Source: an uncultured Veillonellaceae bacterium (GTDB lineage Bacteria; Bacillota; Negativicutes; JARBTT01). Taken from it: a stretch of 64,000 nucleotides of DNA. Shown one piece after another: positions 59,871 to 64,000 of the stretch. The notes under the pieces are model-generated. The model saw only the letters and a program-made list of their open reading frames with translations, was not told where the DNA came from and searched no databases. Numbering within the stretch: the stretch's first letter is position 1; every line of letters begins with the position of its first letter. Made by a program: the position numbers and the translations under genes. Location of the stretch: NCBI GenBank assembly GCA_963805085.1, contig CAWDTA010000004.1:224001-288000 (forward strand), written 5' to 3'.

Positions 59871-61817
59871 CTACTCTTCAAGTTTTTCTATTAAAACTTC
59901 AAATTTGGCATTTTTAATCAATGTATTTACGCCAAAATCACTAATAAAGTAACGATACAATCTTTCAAAAACAGGCTCCCATACCCGGCATTTGCTTCTC
60001 GGGATACTGAGCAAAAATACAACTTGTACCTTCTCTTTATCCCAAAGAATCGGCTTGTCTAAAACTGCTACAGCAATCGCCGCTTCTTTGCCTTGATTTT
60101 CTAAAGCATGCGGAATCGCAATTAAACTGCCTAATTCCGTTGATGCCATCTCTTCTCTGGCAAATACCGATTTTTTTCCCGCTTGATCAATATATCCTTT
60201 TTTTAACATGAGATCTGTCATTTTCTCTAAAACATCCATTTTAGAATTTGCTTTTAACCCTGCAAAAAACAAATCTTCTCTAAAAAAGTGCTCCTTTGAT
60301 TCTGCTTCATCCCCATGAATAATCATTTCTATTCTGCCTAAATCTTCTTCGGTCAGAATTGGCTCTACCTGAATAATTTTTTCCGAATGAATGCCTCGAA
60401 TCGGCACGGTTGTAAATACAAAATCAACACTTTTTATCGTTTCTTCTGTGATCTCATAAAGCGGGCTTACTTTTAAAATCTGTAGCTGCTTGCCAAACTT
60501 TCTTTGCAGCTTACTTTTTACAAACATTGCAGTTGAAAGACCTGTTCCACAGACAATCAAGGCTGTCAACGCCGTCTTCGTATTGCATTTTCGCCTTTCT
60601 AAGGCCGCTCCGAAATGAATGGCTAAAAACCCCATTTCATTTTCATTGGTTCGCAATTTTTCCTGATTTGTTAACACTTTACTAGAAATAACTGCCATTT
60701 CAAATGCCAACGGATAATTTTTTTTAATCGGAGCTAAAATTTCATTACGAATGTTCATATTAAATTTTAACCGGTTGATGGCTGCTCCTAAATGAATCAT
60801 TAACCCAGAAATCAATTCTTCATCGCCAGATAAATCAATCCCAATATCCATTTGAATTTTTGATAGAATGCTATCAACCAAACTCCGACATTCCTCTTTA
60901 ACCTGAGTGTTTTCTTCATTCCCCATCAACTTCTTGCTAGAGACGAAATGTTGTGTTAAATAATAAACTTCATTCGTGATGTCAACATGCAACTGAGTTA
61001 AGATGATGTCGATAATTTCTTGCGCTACCGAAAAATATATAGATTCTTCTAAAATTATTATTTCTTCTTTACTATATTCAGTCGTATTTTTCCCATCGGC
61101 TCGTTTCAGTGTAATAATCACATGCACCAATAAATTCTTAAAAGCAATATCTGTTAGATGTAGATCATAATTTAAAATAACCTTCAATATGATTTGTTTT
61201 ACTTTTTCAATTTCTTCAAGTGAAAAAAGCTGTTGATAAAATTCATTTTGAGCCAAATCCACCAAATCATTGCTATTAAAAATATATTCTGAAATACAAT
61301 AGCGAATTTGTGCTTCATCGCCTTTAATGCCGATGCCATTCATTCGGTCAGCTGTAATTTCAACACCGAAGCGGTTCAAACTTTTTTTGATGTCTTTCAT
61401 GTATTTTTTCAAGGTCGAAAGACTAATAAAAAGTTCATCCGCCAACTCCGACTCTGTAACGACTTTTTTGTGTAAAGAATTTAGCAGAAGCTCAGCAATA
61501 ATAAAGGAAATTCTATCATTGTGGTCTGAAGGAATAATATGTTTTTTTAACCAATCCTTCCGCCCTTCATTGCTCTGTGCGTCTTTAAATACCCCATAGC
61601 GATTCTCATCATAAATTTTTAGCATATACCCGACACCAGTTTCTGCCTGAAGCTCTGCCCCATGTTCCTGAAGTAAGGCATTACATTCCTTGACGTCATT
61701 ACGAATCGTTCTGGAACTTACCCCAATTAAAGCAGCCATACTAGCACTATCAAGTACTTTTTTTTCACTATCAAACAGTTCCAGTATTTTTAGAATTCTT
61801 TTGCTTTGAATCTCCAA
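59871..61817 (-). CDS. MtlR/LicR-type PRD transcriptional activator
   Basis: HTH VSSRTIRND, two PRDs, EIIB-like VCGTGLSTA, EIIA-like IAIPH. Confidence 0.92.
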   Translation of the reverse strand: MEIQSKRILKILELFDSEKKVLDSASMAALIGVSSRTIRNDVKECNALLQEHGAELQAETGVGYMLKIYDENRYGVFKDAQSNEGRKDWLKKHIIPSDHNDRISFIIAELLLNSLHKKVVTESELADELFISLSTLKKYMKDIKKSLNRFGVEITADRMNGIGIKGDEAQIRYCISEYIFNSNDLVDLAQNEFYQQLFSLEEIEKVKQIILKVILNYDLHLTDIAFKNLLVHVIITLKRADGKNTTEYSKEEIIILEESIYFSVAQEIIDIILTQLHVDITNEVYYLTQHFVSSKKLMGNEENTQVKEECRSLVDSILSKIQMDIGIDLSGDEELISGLMIHLGAAINRLKFNMNIRNEILAPIKKNYPLAFEMAVISSKVLTNQEKLRTNENEMGFLAIHFGAALERRKCNTKTALTALIVCGTGLSTAMFVKSKLQRKFGKQLQILKVSPLYEITEETIKSVDFVFTTVPIRGIHSEKIIQVEPILTEEDLGRIEMIIHGDEAESKEHFFREDLFFAGLKANSKMDVLEKMTDLMLKKGYIDQAGKKSVFAREEMASTELGSLIAIPHALENQGKEAAIAVAVLDKPILWDKEKVQVVFLLSIPRSKCRVWEPVFERLYRYFISDFGVNTLIKNAKFEVLIEKLEE

Positions 61818-61975
61818 TACCTTACACCTCGCTTGCTACAATTTCATTATAACCGCCCCTTGCGGCTTCACCTAGACATTTAACTTCCACAGCCTGTGGA
61901 AGTTTCCCCAAAAAACCGCATATTTCCTCAATTTAAGACATTTTACGCATCATAAAATGAAATGTAATAGATAAA

Positions 61976-62053
61976 AATATACAGCCATAAAAAGAACTGT
62001 GTATGATTCAAAAAAAAAACCTCACACAGAGGTTTCAATTTATGGCTGTATTA
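61976..62053 (-). terminator. Large hairpin/terminator
   Basis: atacagccataaa / tttatggctgtat. Confidence 0.5.
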
Positions 62054-62187
62054 CCACAGGATATCATATGTGTGAGAAAATTCAAACATTTATTAATATA
62101 ACAAAGCCTCCTATTATAGTTATCCTACGTACACTAATGTACCCTCACTCACAAATTCCCCATACAAAAAAGCACAACTGGCAGGTA

Positions 62188-62520
62188 TCAGCTGCTAGTT
62201 GTGCCTTCTGGATCGAAATATCTTCGATCGAATCTTAGAAAATCCCGCCTCTTTGGTTTGATTCCCATCTCTAATAGTTCCTTGTCTAATCTTGCATAGG
62301 TAATGTCTCTATACTCTTCAAAAGAAAAACCGTTAATTATTCCGGTGACATAACCAACCAGTGAAAGATCATATATCGCAATTTTCTCTTGTCGTCTGAC
62401 CAGCGCATATTCTTTGCTATTCAAATCTGTAATCAATTCAACTGTAATTTTAGCATTCTCTAGTTCCGTAGCCGGAGCAGCTATAATTGTGTCTTTCGTT
62501 GTTCTGTAGGTTCTATACAT
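62188..62520 (-). CDS. Hypothetical protein
   Basis: RBS GAGG, 110 aa, coupled to upstream ORF. Confidence 0.6.
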   Translation of the reverse strand: MYRTYRTTKDTIIAAPATELENAKITVELITDLNSKEYALVRRQEKIAIYDLSLVGYVTGIINGFSFEEYRDITYARLDKELLEMGIKPKRRDFLRFDRRYFDPEGTTSS

Positions 62521-62668
62521 TAATGAAACCTCTATTTCCCAAGAAAACAAATCTTGTCCCTTGTAAATAGAACGAACCTCTCCCCTTGGTCGTGGCGAAG
62601 ATGGCTCCCCGCCACATGCTCATGCGCTGCCTTGACCACAACTTTTTACTAGCTTGTACTGTTACCAA
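62513..62668 (-). CDS. Small basic hypothetical protein (51 aa)
   Basis: AAGGGGG RBS plus TTG; stop overlaps the next ATG. Confidence 0.45.
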   Translation of the reverse strand: MVTVQASKKLWSRQRMSMWRGAIFATTKGRGSFYLQGTRFVFLGNRGFINV

Positions 62669-62759
62669 TTTATATCCCCCTTCATCATTCTGCATGTGGT
62701 TTCTTCTATCTGCTGATGCAGATAGAAGAAACCAACATACAGTTTGTTTCAGGGGAAAT

Positions 62760-63025
62760 CAAAAAAGCGCATGCGAGGGTTTATCCAACCTACACATGCG
62801 CTATGCTTCATCTTGATTGCATGCAGACGCTAAGCCTTCTGCTAAAACTTCAATCGTATTATACCAAGCGAACGGACTTATCTCCCTTGTAATCAAGGGA
62901 AAAGCACGGTATAATAAATTGTCGTCGTAGACAGCTAGCTGTTACGTGTAGGTGCTGACTCACCTGCTCGTGCCTGAGGGTGCTGGAACACTCTTAGGAC
63001 ACGGCGACTTTTTTAATTTCCACCT
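62760..63025 (-). ncRNA. Candidate structured ncRNA/leader
   Basis: TTGCAA..TATACT promoter; GC-rich hairpins; terminator agcgcatg..catgcgct plus U-run. Confidence 0.35.
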
Positions 63026-63173
63026 ATTATTAGTATATTACATTTCTTGGGGATTGCAAGCAAAAATAGGCCAAAACATGATTTTTTATGATGAAAATCA
63101 TGTTTTTTTATTGTGGTTTTTTAAATTATTGTAAGCGTGATAGGCTTTTTTTTGTTTGACCGCAAGAAATTTT

Positions 63174-63239
63174 AAAACAGGGGACAGGGATGGTGTTTTC
63201 TAAAAAAGAAATGAAACGCTATCCCTGTCCCCCTGTTTT
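63174..63239. repeat. REP-like GGGGACAGGG palindrome
   Basis: aaaacaggggacagggat..atccctgtccccctgtttt. Confidence 0.65.
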
Positions 63240-63423
63240 CAGAAGCTTGGTTTTGTGCCAAAACCACTTGATTACCATAACCAGCGGCTTTAAAAGAGGC
63301 TAACGTTGCACAAACTGCAAACAATAAGGTACTAGCAGCAACCAATACATTTATCTTCTCTGTCCATTGCCTTACACGCTTATCAGCTTTTGTTTCTGTA
63401 GATAATTCAGTTTCTTTCTCCAT
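63240..63423 (-). pseudogene. DUF4337-like membrane protein, truncated at the palindrome
   Basis: LFAVCATLASFKAAGY..VLAQNQAS then abrupt switch into repeat sequence. Confidence 0.6.
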
Positions 63424-63567
63424 GAAAAGATCCTCCATAAATAATATAAATATCATTTTACTATCGAAGCTGAATTTGTCAATCAATCTTACTTATTTTT
63501 TCTATTATAAGTATTTACTTAGGTATTTTCATGCTACACAAATGCCAATAGAATAAACTATAAAATG

Positions 63568-63617
63568 AAAAGCCTCTTATCATTAAACAAAAATAGTCTA
63601 ATGATAAGAGGCTTTTC
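63568..63617 (-). terminator. Terminator
   Basis: aaaagcctcttatcatta / taatgataagaggctttt. Confidence 0.8.
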
Positions 63618-63659
63618 TAGTATATAGGATACAGTCTCAACTATGGTTATTTTTTATGA

Positions 63660-64000
63660 TTAGAATTTTACAGTAGCACCAACACCGAAGCCATTTTCGT
63701 TATGACCATGGTCTGGACTAAAGGAATGATAGTTTAAATTTAATTCAACATTGGATACTAAACCAACATTTGCACCAATTTGCGTTTCATTAAAATCACT
63801 GCCAGTAACAAAAGAAGCATAACCAGTTGCACTTGGTGTTAATGGTACATTTGCGGCAAGTCCTGCATAATAATTGGATTTGTAATTTAAATCTCTGTGA
63901 CCAACAATTGCACGTACATGATCTACTAGACGAATTTGTCCATAGATATCATCTTGGTTACCATACTCATCACGATCAGCCTTTTGATATCCTATAGTAA
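63660..64000 (-). CDS. Outer-membrane beta-barrel protein, C-terminal part
   Basis: Manual translation ends ..VELNLNYHSF..NGFGVGATVKF*; alternating pattern and terminal Phe. Confidence 0.75.
   Translation of the reverse strand, partial: TIGYQKADRDEYGNQDDIYGQIRLVDHVRAIVGHRDLNYKSNYYAGLAANVPLTPSATGYASFVTGSDFNETQIGANVGLVSNVELNLNYHSFSPDHGHNENGFGVGATVKF

Noticed and set aside
62760-63025. 6S RNA, SRP RNA or tRNA
   Set aside because: No end-to-end rod with central bubble, no SRP GNRA domain motif and no cloverleaf recognisable by eye

Overview
AT-rich chromosomal window from an anaerobic diderm Firmicute. The RND pump, the C-terminal-Phe outer-membrane protein and the Firmicute-type HtpG/CIRCE point to Negativicutes (inference). 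Content in order: DEAD-box helicase (partial), an OmpR/CiaR-like two-component system, two FlxA-like paralogs, htpG, two MCPs, an RND pump with MarR, an LDH-like/aminotransferase pair, a sulfite-reductase-like gene with a tandem DUF2292 protein, a DASS transporter with a PurB-like lyase, cidA/lrgB, malic enzyme, a trimeric [FeFe]-hydrogenase, an AprAB/CysDN sulfate-assimilation operon, three ABC importers, and an Ula-type PTS with isomerase and aldolases. There are also several decayed elements. The main discovery candidate is a sulfur-regulon attenuation system. Four copies of a 21-nt covarying hairpin (GCTGA-TYRG-ANAN-CYRA-AGGC) each overlap the 5' arm of an intrinsic terminator, and two of them lead sulfur-assimilation genes. 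Next to three of them is a double-DUF2292 (YezD/OscA-like) protein ending in YGDGI, which matches the CysK-docking tail of E. coli CysE. The second candidate is a four-promoter regulon (TCAAA repeats at 11-bp period, -10 exactly 16 nt from the last repeat) that includes the two-component system itself and an unannotated CA-repeat small RNA. No CRISPR, rRNA or tRNA was seen.
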